DNA from: Zygnema circumcarinatum SAG 698-1b
Lineage: Eukaryota > Plantae > Zygnematophyceae
Length of the DNA stretch: 64,000 nt
NCBI GenBank assembly: GCA_037447605.1
Contig: CM074823.1
Location: forward strand, 1,054,001-1,118,000
Reading direction: 5' to 3'
Shown here piece after piece: positions 30,401-43,246 of this stretch (positions within the stretch are counted from its first letter, which is position 1; every line of letters begins with the position of its first letter). The notes beneath the pieces were generated by a model. That model was not told the origin of the DNA. It worked only from the letters and a program-made list of their open reading frames with translations, and searched no databases. A program made the position numbers and the translations under genes.

Positions 30401-30627
30401 GGGGCGGCGCTCACTGTACGACGGCCGGATCTGCACGACGGGCTGCCCGTCCTTCCAGAAGAGAACGAGCGGAAAAGCGATCTCGGAAGTGAAGGGGGTA
30501 ACAGAAGGGCGTGTACGCCACGTTCTGGTCGCGCAGGGAATCGAAAGCAGCGCTCAGCGCGTTGTTGAATTCCAGGTCGCTCTTGTACTGCTTCTTGCCG
30601 ATGTCGGTGAGGGTCTTCCGAATGTCG
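27496..30627 (-). CDS. S41 peptidase-like protein, copy 5; 5' end in N gap, one frameshift in exon 1
   Basis: Exons (gap)30627-30415, 30045-29751, 29434-29146, 28712-28600, 28402-27967, 27825-27496. An extra base in a G run near 30494-30498 shifts the frame after CYP. This could be a homopolymer error or true pseudogenisation. Confidence 0.7.
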
Positions 30628-31440
30628 NNNNNNNNNNGGAGAGGGATGGGGAGGGGGAGAAGGAGAAGGAGAGGGGAAGAGGGGAGAGAGAGGGAGAGGA
30701 GAGAGGGAGACGAGAGAGAGGTGTGGGGAAGAGAGGGCGAGGGGTCAAACTTAACAGGAGAGGGAGGGAGCGCAGAGCATCCAGTGGGGGATCCCTTTTG
30801 CGCGTTCATGAACGGCACCGACATGTGTGTACGGTCTTCGGACGTGTTCGAGCGTGTCGGCGGCGATACTGCGAGCTGAGGTCGACGCTGATTGGCTGGA
30901 GTGGCGAGGACCGCGCTTTGATTGGCTGCCAATTTTTGTCGGGATCGTGGACATTCGAATGTTGCGTGGCGTTGGGCGGCCCTGTCTCGAAAGTGATGTG
31001 ACGGCATGCGATGGTTATTTTAAAAAATTAAAATTATTGCAGCGGGCAGCCGGCAAATGATTTTTTTTCTGTTTTTGTGCCAACCAGATATTAAGTCAAC
31101 TATAAAACGAGTGGATAACGACAGCGATATGATTGGATACGACGCTGAAAATATTATAGAGTTTTTAGAAAAATTCTACTGCATCCCCTATTTTGGCTTT
31201 CGCATACACCTTTTAAAAATTTCGCCTGCCCGTTTTGGTTACCCCCCCTGTTTTGAATATTTCGGGAGGGAATCTTTTTCCCGCCCCTCCCGTCCCCTCC
31301 CCTGCCTTGTCCTCCCCGGCCCTCCCCTCCCGCCCGCTCACTTTTAACTGCAGTACGGACATACGTGCGGAATGTGGTACAGTACTGAACGATAGTACGG
31401 AAACCGCGAATGGTACAAACAGTACAAAAATGATTGGTAC

Positions 31441-31700
31441 TGGTCCCTCCAAGGCGGCCCATGGGAAGAGTGGGAGTCAGACCTCTCCTCTCTCTCCTGC
31501 TATCCTCTCCTCTCCTCACCTCTCCCCTCCTAGTCACCACCTCCCAAATCATCGAGTCTCTATCCTGTTTATCCACTCTTCGCCCTTCAACCCCCGCACC
31601 TCTCCCCCTCATCCACTCCCTCTAGCTTCCCCTTCCCATACCCATTTTCCATCCCACCCCTTCCTCTCCACCCACCTCTCTTACCCTCTCCTCTGTTCCC
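31441..31700 (-). repeat. Inverted diverged copy of MAPKKK-locus segment ~2245-2500
   Basis: The reverse complement matches 2245-2500, e.g. GGCCCATGGGAAGAGTGGGAGTCAGAC and TATCCTGTTTATCCACTCTTCG. Confidence 0.8.
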
Positions 31701-33098
31701 TGCCCCCCTCTACACAACCCCCCCCCCTCTCCCCTGCCCTTCCCCACCACCTGCCCCTCCCNNNNNNNNNNCTCCTCTCCTCCCTTCACACTTGACTTTT
31801 CTTACTGCATCCGATGTACTAGAATGCAAAGTTCTATTGAGGTACCCCCCCCTCCCCGCTCCCCCTCCCATGGAATTTTCTGTTCTCCAAACAGAGCACG
31901 CCACGTGCTGGCCACATGGACGTCGCCAATTTGCTGGCCACATGGACGTCGCCAATTTGCTGCGAGCTTTGCGACCAAAGGTCACGCAACATCACGTTAC
32001 GCCGGCCACCGCTTTCAGAGCTGCGGCCACGCTGATGTCAGCCCTCGCGCCGCGGAGTGGGCTTCACCGCGCCAGCAAGCACGCAGCGCTAAAGAGGAAG
32101 GAATTGGTTTGGCATCGTCCGCGGATGCACTCGTGACGTGACGTGACTGAACCCCCTCTCGCCCACTCTTCTCCGAGCAGATCAACCCGCAGTGCCAGAC
32201 ACCAAAATTAAGATGAAAATGTTCCAACTTCTCACCAATGGCAGCTCATAACATTCCTTAGCACAATTTTCAACTTATCACATATCTCGATATTTGAAAC
32301 GCGATCATGGTCTGCTGTCCAACCAAAGGCCGCGATCGACTGTCTGCATAACGCCGCAATGCCAATGAGAAACGAAAGCCGACAACGAACCATTTATCCA
32401 TCCATCCAGCCATCCCCCAAGCGTATCTTTATGCATCCCCTTTGCATGCCACTGCCATGGTGCGTCCACTCCGTCATCATGCCATGCATGTGCAGGTACG
32501 CGCACTACTGTAGAGCCATAATAAGTGACCGCCTCCTTCTCCTCTGAAGGTGGGAAGGAGGGAGGAGAGGCGTCACGCGCCCCATGGGCCGCTCTCGCAT
32601 GCGACAAAAGTCACATGCCTACGTGCACTCTTTGAGGCCGCGGTTGGTCGGTGTCGTGTCGTCGCGCAGGCCCCGATCCGCCGCTTCAAGGCACGCCTGC
32701 ATGCAAAGGAGACCGTCAGGAGCAGGCCGATGAAGGAAGGTGAATCTTGAATGAAAGGGGGAAAACGAATGGAGGAGGTTTTAAGTAACGCATGTAAAGC
32801 ATCCGTTATTTCAATGCAACAAATGACCTCTCTAGGAATTTGATGAAATAAAATAACTCTTGGTGTCTTGTGAAGAGGATTATAACGGATCTCTCGTAAA
32901 GCAAAAGCTGACTTCCCATCAGATAGCTTAATGATAACAAAACAATTGACTGCCACGCATCTTCAAGTTCAACGATTATGCAGAGTCGAATCCAAACATT
33001 TCAAAATGATCAGAAAAAAGACAACACTAACAGCAAAAGCCATAGGAGTGTCTAAGGGACAAGGCGAAGAGTACCAGCATCGGTAACGGGAGGAGGGG

Positions 33099-36000
33099 TC
33101 AAGGAGAACGGCTCGGAGGGGGACGTCGAGGAGGGAGTCGACGGCTGGGAGGAGGTTTACGTGGAGGGGGGCTTTTCAAAGGGGGTCGAGGACGGGGAGG
33201 AGGTGGACACGGAGGCGAGGATCGTGAAGCTGCAGGAATGCAGGGCATTGTTTGAGTTCCCGTTCATAATTAAAGGCGAAGTCACTTCTTCCATAGCTTA
33301 CATATTCTAATCGAAACACGTCCTTACAAACGTTCTCGGAGGATGGAGAACGAAATGAAAACCCTTCAAAATGAAAATAATCATACTTCAAGACTTCTGA
33401 CATCATATTTCATCATCTATGTGCATCTCAGGCTATATGCACCCGATCAGATTCCTGTGTCATTTCTCGGGCTACGCAATTTTCTCTTTGAAAAGCAGAA
33501 AAGTCAAACTCGCAAAATTTATCTAGCTACTGCAAATGTAGACAAGATATGTTGTAGCTTGCACGGGATTGGATTGGGTCGAGAAAATTATTGAAAGCTA
33601 AAACCATGATATTGGAGCAATACTCGATATATCCTAATATACTCTGCACCATTTTCTCAATGGGCTTGCAGAGTTCACCAAGTGGGACTTGCCATGTGCT
33701 TCTAGAAGGTCCAAAATTGAATCTCTTCCATTGGCGGCATCGAATGGATCGCATTCAGTGTGCTCTAATAGCAACAACAGTGTAAAGGTTGATAGCAATG
33801 AGGTAGTTTCCACAACCTATGCCACTCTTTTCTTTACCTTTCTTACGAGTATCTACAAGCAACAGGTTGCAACTCACCACACGTCCCCAATGCGAGCGCA
33901 TATCCCGCGTCGCATGTGCATGTGCGCGTGTCGTACCCGCACGTGCCGTGGCCCCCGCACGCTCCCTCGGGAGAATCGCTCTGGCAGAAGGCCGCGCACT
34001 CTTCAGGAGGTCTCTGATATTGAGCTGCACCACATCCTGTGATATCGCGATAAATGCAGTTGTTGATATAGTTGAAGTTGTAATAAGGTTGCCCATTCTT
34101 TGTGATGTTGATTGGCTTGGAGAAGTAGTTGTCTTGGATCGACAGGACATTAAGGTTATTGCTCGCAAGAGTTATGGAGCCAGTCAACTTGTTGTTGTTT
34201 AAGTACCTGATGACAAGACCTACAATCTTAAAGCCTAAACCCAAACCCTCATCCGTAAACTCTAAATCCTAAACTCTCAACAACGAAGTCCAATCTCTCG
34301 CATGCAAAAGTGCGCATTATTGTGCGTCAGAAAAGCCCGCGCCGTGACAGAAGTGACCAAACATATGAGATAAACTTAAAACTCACGGAAGCGCAAAATA
34401 ATGTAATAGTTTGAGAGGTAAAAATGGTCGGCCGTGAGAAAAAATTCAAACTGCAAATACGACGTTTTATCGATGCAGCGGTGCTTACAGGTAGGACAGT
34501 CGGGTGAGTTTAGTGATGAAGCCGGACACTCTCCCCTCCAGTTTGTTGTCGTTCAAAAACCTACAGACATACATAACGAAAAAACATTCAAAGAAAAGGA
34601 TAAGGCTGGTTCTGGACTGAACAGGAATAAAGCAGGTATTCAGCTCCACGTTCTATAGTAGAATTCTCAAACGCAGTCTCACAAAAACGCAGTGCGAGAT
34701 TAAAATTTTACTCGTATATAAATACCAAAAGTGAAAACAACTACGTGGCAAAGATTTGCCACGCAATCATGGATACACAACATCGAAAGTTGTTGCTTTA
34801 CAAGATGCAATAAGTCACTGCACTTATAATGTCAGAAGAAAATCCATACAAATTCGTACAAATACAAATTCGCGAGGTTCCCAATAGAGTTCGGGATGAC
34901 GCCCCTCAGAATTAATAAAACGTCTGCATGTGTTTTAGCATCCACTGATCTTCATAAAAAGCTTCACAAGCTCGGCGGATGTTTCGCGGCAAAAAGAAAA
35001 AAAAATTGAAACTCGGTTGCTCAAATGCAAACCGAAGCTCGAAGTTGCCACGTGCCAAACGACCAACCAGAAGCTTCACGGCTTCTCCTCCTCCATGGAG
35101 GGGGGAGGGGGCGGAGGGCTCTGCGCAGCGTAGCATGGAGGAGGAGATGCCGCCAAGAGACACGCGCAGTTGGGGTGGTTGGCATGACATGGGTCCTCTC
35201 AAGGGCGGGGGGGCGCCGCCCGGCGGAAGGCCGCTCGCAGGCCGGCACCGGCAGGAGGAAGTACGAGAGAACGGTACGGCAGCGTACGGATCGGAGGAGT
35301 GGCGCAGGGAAGAATCTAAAGCGTATCTGGCACTGCGACGTGATTGGTTGGAAGATTCCCGACACGTCAGTGCGATCTGATACGGGACGAGGGGCATTCA
35401 GCTTCTTAAATACCTACAAGGTTTGCAGATTCGCAAGATTGCCGATAGAATCCGGGATAGACCCCGTTAGGGAATTCGCAGACAAGTATCTGCCAAAAAT
35501 TAAAAAAAAGGCCCTGAATAAACATGCTGCCACGACTAACATTTGTATCACTGGCATTCCTCTGTCTGACATTTCTTTCTCCTACATTTCAGATTTATTG
35601 GGAAAAATACTCACAAGTAGTACAGATTCGCAAGGTTGCCGATAGAATCCGGGATAGAACCCGTTAGGGAATTAGAACCCAAGTCTCTGCCAGAAATTAA
35701 AAAAATAGTCACTGATTAAACATGCTGCCACGACTAGCATTTCTATTTCTGGCATTTCTCTGTCTGACATTTCTCTCTCTTACATTTCAGATTTAATGGG
35801 GACAAATACTTACAAGTCTTGCAGATTGGCAAGGTTGCCGATAGAATTCGGGATAGACCCCGTTAGGGAATTATCATTAAGGACTCTGCCAAAAAAAAAA
35901 AAAAAATAGGAACTGAATAAACAAGTTGCCACAACTAACATTTCTATCACTGGGATTCCTTTGTCTGGCATTTCTATCACTTTCATTTCAAATTTATGAG

Positions 36001-36835
36001 GAAAATTACTTACAAGTATTGCAGATTCGCAAGATTGCCGATAGAATTCGGGATAGACCCCGTTAGAGAATTCTCAAACAGGAGTCTGCCAAAAAATAAA
36101 ATAAAAAATTAGGAACTGAATAAACAAGCTGCCACGATTAGCATTTCTATCACTGGCACTTTATGGAATGGAACCACTCACAATTTTTTCAGCATTTTCA
36201 GGTTACCGATGGCAGGTGAAATGGTTCCTCCAAAGTTGTAGTACCCTAAACCTCTGCATAAGGCAGGTAAGCAGTGAGAGCGTCAGAAGAAGAAAGGGCC
36301 GGGGGCAGTAGAAGGACTGCTCCGGGCGGCCCTTTTTAGCCGCTTTCTGAGAAGGCTTCTTCCGGCAGACCCTCCTTGCAGCCTCAGCCTGCAGTTCAGC
36401 AGCTATGGAATCCGCGGAGCCCTCTATCATCACAAGCGGTGTTCAGTCAAAGTGTGGCTCACAGCTCAGTAACGCGACCGCTTGCGTCGCATGTTATCCC
36501 AAGCCACTTAATGCAGTCGGTGTCACTCGATTTCCAGGAGGTGAGGAGATCTTGCACGTTGTTGAATGCCGCTTTGACAGCGAGAAGAGCGTCCCCTGCG
36601 CCCAAGCGCGAGCAGATGCAGGATTGGATTGAGGCCGCGGTCCGCTTCAAAAAGCACAAACAGAGGCCACGACGCGGGAAGGCCGCCTCTCCCCTTCCAT
36701 AGAGGGCGGGCGGGCGGGCCGCGGCGGCTCACTGTCTCGCGGGTCGATGGCCGCAGCGGCGGCTTCAAGCGGGGCGGCGGCGGCGGCAAAGAGGAGGACC
36801 GCCGCCGCGAGAGAGGGAGACCGCGCGCGCGGCAT
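33099..36835 (-). CDS. Secreted LRR protein: signal peptide, LRRNT, ~6-7 plant-type LRRs, Cys-rich/EGF-like domain and basic Pro-rich (extensin-like) tail, ~350 aa
   Basis: Exons 36835-36733, 36595-36463 (133 nt; SWKSSDTDCIKWLGITC), five 72-nt LRR exons (36085-36014, 35885-35814, 35686-35615, 35489-35418, 34560-34489; LxLxxNSLTGSIPxSIGNLANL), 34206-33878 (CGGHGTCGYDTRTCTCDAGY) and 33229-33099 (ASRSSPPCPPPPRPRPPLKSPPPRKPPPS...stop). All junctions are GT-AG and phase-compatible. Confidence 0.82.
34860..34923 (-). pseudogene. Degenerate LRR pseudo-exon
   Basis: cag|...LRGVIPNSIGNLANLY..|gtac. It is 64 nt instead of 72, so it would shift the frame if spliced in. Confidence 0.65.
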
Positions 36836-39121
36836 CGCGGCCAACCGCCCGAAGGAGAAAGGAGGGGACGCGGGGGCGGCAAGAGGCGAGGGCGGGGAGT
36901 GGAGGGGAGGGGACTGCTTTATAGGAGGGCGCCTTCCTCCGCCATGGCTTGGGACAGGGACGGTGACGCGTTGACTTGGGATTATTCCATACTGTACTAT
37001 GGGACCGCCACACTTCATACGGATGGCGGTCTCGATCCACCGACATTGACACGCGGTGCGCCCTCATTCGCTGCCCGAATTTATTTCAACGGGATATATC
37101 AGTAAATAATCGTCGTAGGGCCAGCGAGGAAATAATATTCACATGGCAAGTCCGTACGCATATTCGCTCGCAGGAGAATTTAAGCACGTGTCTTCCTGCG
37201 ATTGGGTCATAGGCATCTAGAGGCATTTGCGGGCAGCTGAATGTCCTGCTCGATGGTGCTCCTATCCTTCATACGGCAAGTCGATATGATTGTACAGTAG
37301 CTTGAGCCAACTGGCTTAGTAGGCTCAGAATTTGTCGATATCCCCAACCGACAGATTACCAGCTGGCAGTTTCGTCGCGGCCACATCGCGACGGCCGAGA
37401 GAATCGGCTCCTATTTTCAAGACAAGACCTCTTCGTCGTTTTGTGCACGCCGTCGTGCTGTCACCGCCTATCTGGATGTACGGCGGACGACGCAATTTGT
37501 CCTGTCCAACAGAAGGCACGAATCGTTGTACAATTGAGTTGTCGTTAGCGCCAAGCCCTCAGGGCAGTTTCAAGCCTTGGGAAAAGGGAAAACGATGTCG
37601 CGAAGTTCCATGTTCACCTAGCAACGGCCATGACATTGAAACCAACCAAACAACCAGCCAACCAATGAATTGCCAACCATTCAATTGATGTGGTATGAAC
37701 CATGAGACCATGAGACCATGAGACCATGAGATTGGAACGAACCAACCAACCAACCAACCCTTGAATTGCCAACCATTCAATTCATAGTTGTCTGGGTCGC
37801 AGCAAACCAAATCTTCGCAACCATTGGCAACGGTCGACCATTGAGTCCAATGCTTGGCACCCACTAGCAATGGGTTGTTCGTTCAGCTGTTGGCTCAGTT
37901 GAGAGTTTGATGACTATTGAAGAAAGTCAACGGAAACGTTGACCGGCGAGCCTGCACCGCACAGATGCTGCTTAGATCCATGATGTTAATGTCCCATCGT
38001 TCAACGCAGCAACCGTTCAGTTACACATGTAGCGCACAGTTGTCCAGTACCGACTAAGACCAGGACCATTGCAAATCAGCATCTACCAACAATCATTCGC
38101 CACGTGTACCAACCTTACACGTGGCACATCTCATTAAGGGATGCTCGGCCGCTGCCTAAAGGGCCCCTAAGGTGGCTTTCGCCACCATTTCGTGCAGCCT
38201 GCATCCTACCCCTTCCTCGGGTATTCTCGCCACCCTACTGCCACCTCACAATGTCGTACTTGCCACATCAGTGTCTATGCGAATGTCATGCCACCAGCCA
38301 ACAATTTGACTCAGTATGTCTTGTTGGGTTGCTTGGAAGGCTCATGCTCTCGATCCACCATACAACGTGTGTACGACCTGCACAAAACGCACACGACGCT
38401 CAATCGCTCCATGGAACGCAATAACCCATCAACGCCAAGACGGCTCGTCTGAACGCAAAAACGGAATGTCGTTCTCCCTACGACAACGTTTTTTTATAAA
38501 CAAAATGGTCAACGGATATAACGGCCGGTCATACGGCCCTTGGTGGCGCCAGCAACCAACAGCGAAACGACGCGTAGCGTTCACATACAGTATGGACGAG
38601 CCGTACATAGGTACAGCAAAATGACTGTGTGACGTCACAGGATTGCGTCACGAAGGCGGGTTTGAGTGTAAGGCTTGGAAAAAGAGAGGATTGCGAGGGC
38701 CAAGATCTGCAAAGAGAGTGAGTGTCTAGCGGGTGTTGTTGGTGGATTGGTTTACAGGGTTTAAGGGTTTATAAGGCATTTAGGAGTTTAGGGTTTTGAT
38801 GTGATGCTAACATGTACATGAGAAACTCTCGCCTCGTCTCTCACCTCTCATCCCTCGTCGCTCTCCCTCGTCTCTCGCCACGATTGTGGGCAGACAGTTC
38901 CAAAATTAAGCTCTTTCAACGGTTTTGGATGGAACATCCAAGTACAAAAACTTTGAGCAAGTAGAACTTTCTTGAAGTCTTACCTAAAAAATTACCCACG
39001 TCTCCAAAAAGCTCCAACCCTCAACACAGCCGCCAGTTTGCAGCCCCGCCATACGCCATCTCCAAAACGGCAAACCGCCCCCCCTCCTTCAACAAGAAGA
39101 AGAAGAAGACGTCCTCCTCCT

Positions 39122-42100
39122 TCAAGCGAAGTACTGCGCCGCCTTCGCCCACGTGGCAGGCCTGTCCAGGACTGTCTCGGCCGCGTGGTCAAAGCGGTAA
39201 TTCGCGGCCTTGAAGACGAAGTCCGCGGGAATCGCAGAGCTCGCCTTGCAGTACGACTGGAGGATGGGGAAGGTCAAACTCGCGAACACAGGAAGAAGCG
39301 AAGGCGCGTCCTTGTCACTGAGTAAGTCGTGAAAATACAAATCAAACCAGAGCGAGGAGAGCTCATAGCTGATGCCAATGACACCTCCTCCGACGGCCAT
39401 CGGCTTTTGGGGAATACCTCCCACAGCGACACTTTTAACACTCGCAAATTCCTGCATACAAAGCTTGAGAAAGTGAGAAATGAGGTTGAAACCAGAGTCA
39501 AAGGACGAGGGAGAAGAGAGAGAGAGAGTGAAAGAGAGGCGAAAGGAGCGAAAGAGCGATGGCAAAGATCTACATAAGGGATCAACGTACCTGTGCCTTG
39601 AAGATGAATTCCGCGCACTTCTCGTAGCACAAACCATTCGTGAGGATGAGAATATCTTCAGCCTTGAAAAGCGGTTGTAGGTAGGATGGCTGAAAAATAT
39701 AGGACTTAAAGAACGCTGTCAACTGCTTCGAATAATCCGCCTTCTTCCCGTTGAAGGTCTTAGATACGACCGGAAAGAAGAAGGTATCATTTGTGAGTGG
39801 CAGGCCATTCAAGTCGGTAAATGAACTGTAGTCGTATATGGTGTATGTTTCGCTTGCGTTCAAGGCGGCCTTAACCATTAGTTTGGCGAGACGTGTCGCT
39901 CTGAACTCGCTCGGATACGCAGTGAAAGTGAGAGAAGGGAACAAGGACTGAATGAGAGCGTCAACTCGACTCGAATACCCGCCGGAAGCGTCAGCCACGT
40001 CGATGATGATTCGACTCGCAGCTCGTCTGGATGTCCGTCAAATAGATGGAGTTAGGGTTTCATTGGATTTTCGGGTTTCCTTGGCTTGAGGCATATAAGA
40101 ATTCTGTGCTATCTGGAATTTATAATGTGACTAGACAATGCAATCACGTCAAATGCGCCATGCAGAAAAAAATCTGTTTACAATGCGAATGGGATAAGGG
40201 GAGAATAAAAACGCTTACTTCAATGTGAACAAGCACAGAACAAGGCTCGGGTACCAATCATCGAAATTGATACGCCGCCCGAAATCGGGTATAACAAGAA
40301 CTCCGGTTTTGTTGTCCGGCAGAAGCCATGCCTGCATGCACAGACATCACATTCAAACGAGTACATGTAAGAAAATCGTGTATTGTTTGGCGAGGATTGC
40401 ATTGGACAACGGAAGGAAGTGCCCAACGCCACAGCGCGCACACGAGATTGTCAAAGGGACACCGAAAGAGGGAGAAAGTAGGGCATCAGAAGGCAGGCGA
40501 ATAGTGCAGGTGTGTGAGAGAGCGAGAGGATAAGGGGGGAGGGGGGACTGGAGACGGAGAGGGATGGGAGGGGGAAGACTGGGTGAGAGCCAGAAAGGTT
40601 CAGATTAAGCAGGAGAGGAACCCAACGAAAGTACGTTTTTAGTCGGTACGAGCAGAAATAGCAAAAGAATGGTAAGAGAAAAAGAGAAGGGTGAATGGAG
40701 AGGGAGAGCGGGAGATCCACAGCAATCGATATGCCTGGATAGAAACAATATAGTGGCGTCACTTACACTAACAGCTCCATCAACGAGTTGCTCAGCACCT
40801 GTCATGCTCTTGCTTTTTGCAGTCAGAGCCGGCTGCTGGGAGCCTGCCATTGTGTCCGCTTCTGGCTTTCGAGAGGAATCGTCAAATACACTCTTTCGCT
40901 CCGATAATTTAGAAGATGAGTAAGGTCCATCATAATACTGAGAATTGACGCAGTAGTATGCGTAGTAACTCGTGAGAGTGTCGAAGTTTCGACCGTACTG
41001 AAAAATTGTGTACCACGGAGCTGAGAGCTTCTCCGACTTGCTTTGCCCCACTCTGCACCATAATAACGGCAGCAGAACAACCTCGCAATGAGCGTTCAGT
41101 ATTGAGTTGAGGAGCGATGACCGAGCAAAGAACCCATAAGAGGAAAGTGCCTGTACAGTGCAATTGCTTGATGGATGTCGAGAGCTCGAAAATAGGCACT
41201 TCATGAAAAAACTGTTACAGACAGCTTCTACCATCTCCCTTTCCTATCAAATATATATACGGCTCAAACTTGAAACACGATTGAAAACTCACGCAATTTC
41301 TCAAAAATCCACTGACAATCTGTTTCTTTTAGCTCCACTCCTAAGCACTGCATTAAACTTTGTACTCACCTCCTGATTTGCATGGATATCGTGGCATTTT
41401 CCACAAGATAAGGACGAGAGGAAAAGCCTCCACTATAAAATGGGTATACATAGTATTGTGAGAACAGGTTGGCCGGGCGGACAAAGAGAGAGTTGAGGCG
41501 CGCGTTGACGTCCTTGAAGCCGCCCTGCGTCGTGTTCGCAAAGGACAAAAGGTAGTCGTACGCGGGCACGCCTTCGATGGTCTCCACCGCGGCGGATTCG
41601 AAGAGGCTCAGATCCTTCTTCAGCTTCAGCGAAGTCTTGTTGTACACGGACGGGGAGCCTGCAAGGCATCAACAAGGACAACATCAACAAAAACAACCTG
41701 AGCATGAATAACAACAACAACAACAACAAGGGCATGGATGTATGCAAGTTGAGAACCGTGATGCACGAAAAATAATCCTAACAACGGTTTTCTTCAGCAA
41801 GATTTGCTGACATGTGTGTATTTGAGGGAAGAGAGAGAGAGAGAGAGAGAGAGAGAATGGGAGAAAGAGACTAGCTTCAGAAAGCCAAAAGAGATAGGAA
41901 TTGCATTTGTATATGAAGACTCCCTTCCAGTTCATGAATAGGAAAGCAGGATACATCCAACCCAAACCAAGACCTAGAATCTCAATTTTTTTTCGACTTC
42001 TCCAAACCCTCAGAAGGCAAGATTGCCAAAATATCTGCGAGAAAGAAGGAGATGGGGAGGCGCTCACTGTACGACGGGCGGATCTGTACAACGGGCTGCC

Positions 42101-42551
42101 CGTCCTTCCAGAAGAGAACGAGCGGAAACGCGATCTCTGAAGTGAAGGGGTAACAGAAGGGCGTGTACGCCACGAGCTGGTCGCGCAGGGAATCGAAAGC
42201 AGTTCGCAGCGCATTGCTGAATTCCAGGTCGCTCTTGTACTGCTTCTTGCCGATGTCGGTGAGGGTCTTCCGAATGTCGACCTTGAGGGGGAGCTCCTTC
42301 GTGGGGGAGTTCAGCGCCACGTCGACGCTCGGCATGAAGGCGAGCGCCTTCTTCAGGGAGTCAACCGTGCGCGCCGCCACGTCAGCATTGTACGGAATCT
42401 GACCGAAGCAACTCCGCACGGCGTCAGGAGAGAACGTTGTCTCGGTCGTGTTTACGAACGGAGCGCAGAGGTCCTTTTTGGCCGCCGCCGAAAGCACCAC
42501 TGAACAGAGGGCGAAGAAAAGTCTTTGGGTGAAAGTGCCTCCTCGCGCCAT
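39122..42551 (-). CDS. Secreted S41 peptidase-like protein, copy 6
   Basis: Exons 42551-42068, 41658-41370, 41052-40767, 40331-40219, 40026-39591, 39451-39122, frame intact. Motifs LRDQL and TNGLCYEKC. Confidence 0.85.
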
Positions 42552-43246
42552 GGTGCGGGGGAGCAGAGGGAGGAGGTAGAGGGGGAGAGAGGGAGAGGAG
42601 AGAGAGGGAGTGGAGAGGGGGAGACGAAACAGAGGTTTGGGGAAGGGAGGGGGAGGGGTCAATATTCAGAGGAGAGGGAGGGAGCGCAGAGCGTCCAGCG
42701 AGGGATCCTTCTTTGCACGTTCATGAACGGCACCGACATGTCCGTACGGTCTTTGGACGTGTTTGAGCCGCGGAGTGAAGCGGACGCGAAAGATCGCGTG
42801 TCGGGAGCGATACTTTGAGCTGAGGTCGACGCTGATTGGCTGGAGCTGCGAGGAGCGCGCTTCTGATTGGCTGCCGGTATTTCTAACAGCAGAGCTCGAT
42901 GACTAGCATGTTTTAGGGTTTTGATGTGATGCTAACATGCACATGAGGGTCTCTGACCTCGTCTCTCGTCTCTCATCTCTGTTGTCTCTCCCACGTCTCG
43001 CGCCATCATTGTGGACAGACAATTTCAAAATTAAGCTCTTTCAACGGTTTTGGATGGAAAACCCACGTCCAATTGCTTTGAGCAAGTAGTCTTTTCTTGA
43101 AGTTTTACCCAAAAAACCACCCACGTCTCCAAAAAGCCCCAACCCTCAACACACCCACCAGTTGGCAACCCCGAGTTGCGCCATCACACAAACCGCAAAC
43201 CGACCCCCCTACTTGAACAACAACAAGACGAAGACGTCCTTCTCCT

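Noticed and set aside
37640-37900. Short direct repeats and a tRNA A-box-like TGGCTCAGTTG
   Set aside because: No B box or cloverleaf could be built; these look like simple local duplications.
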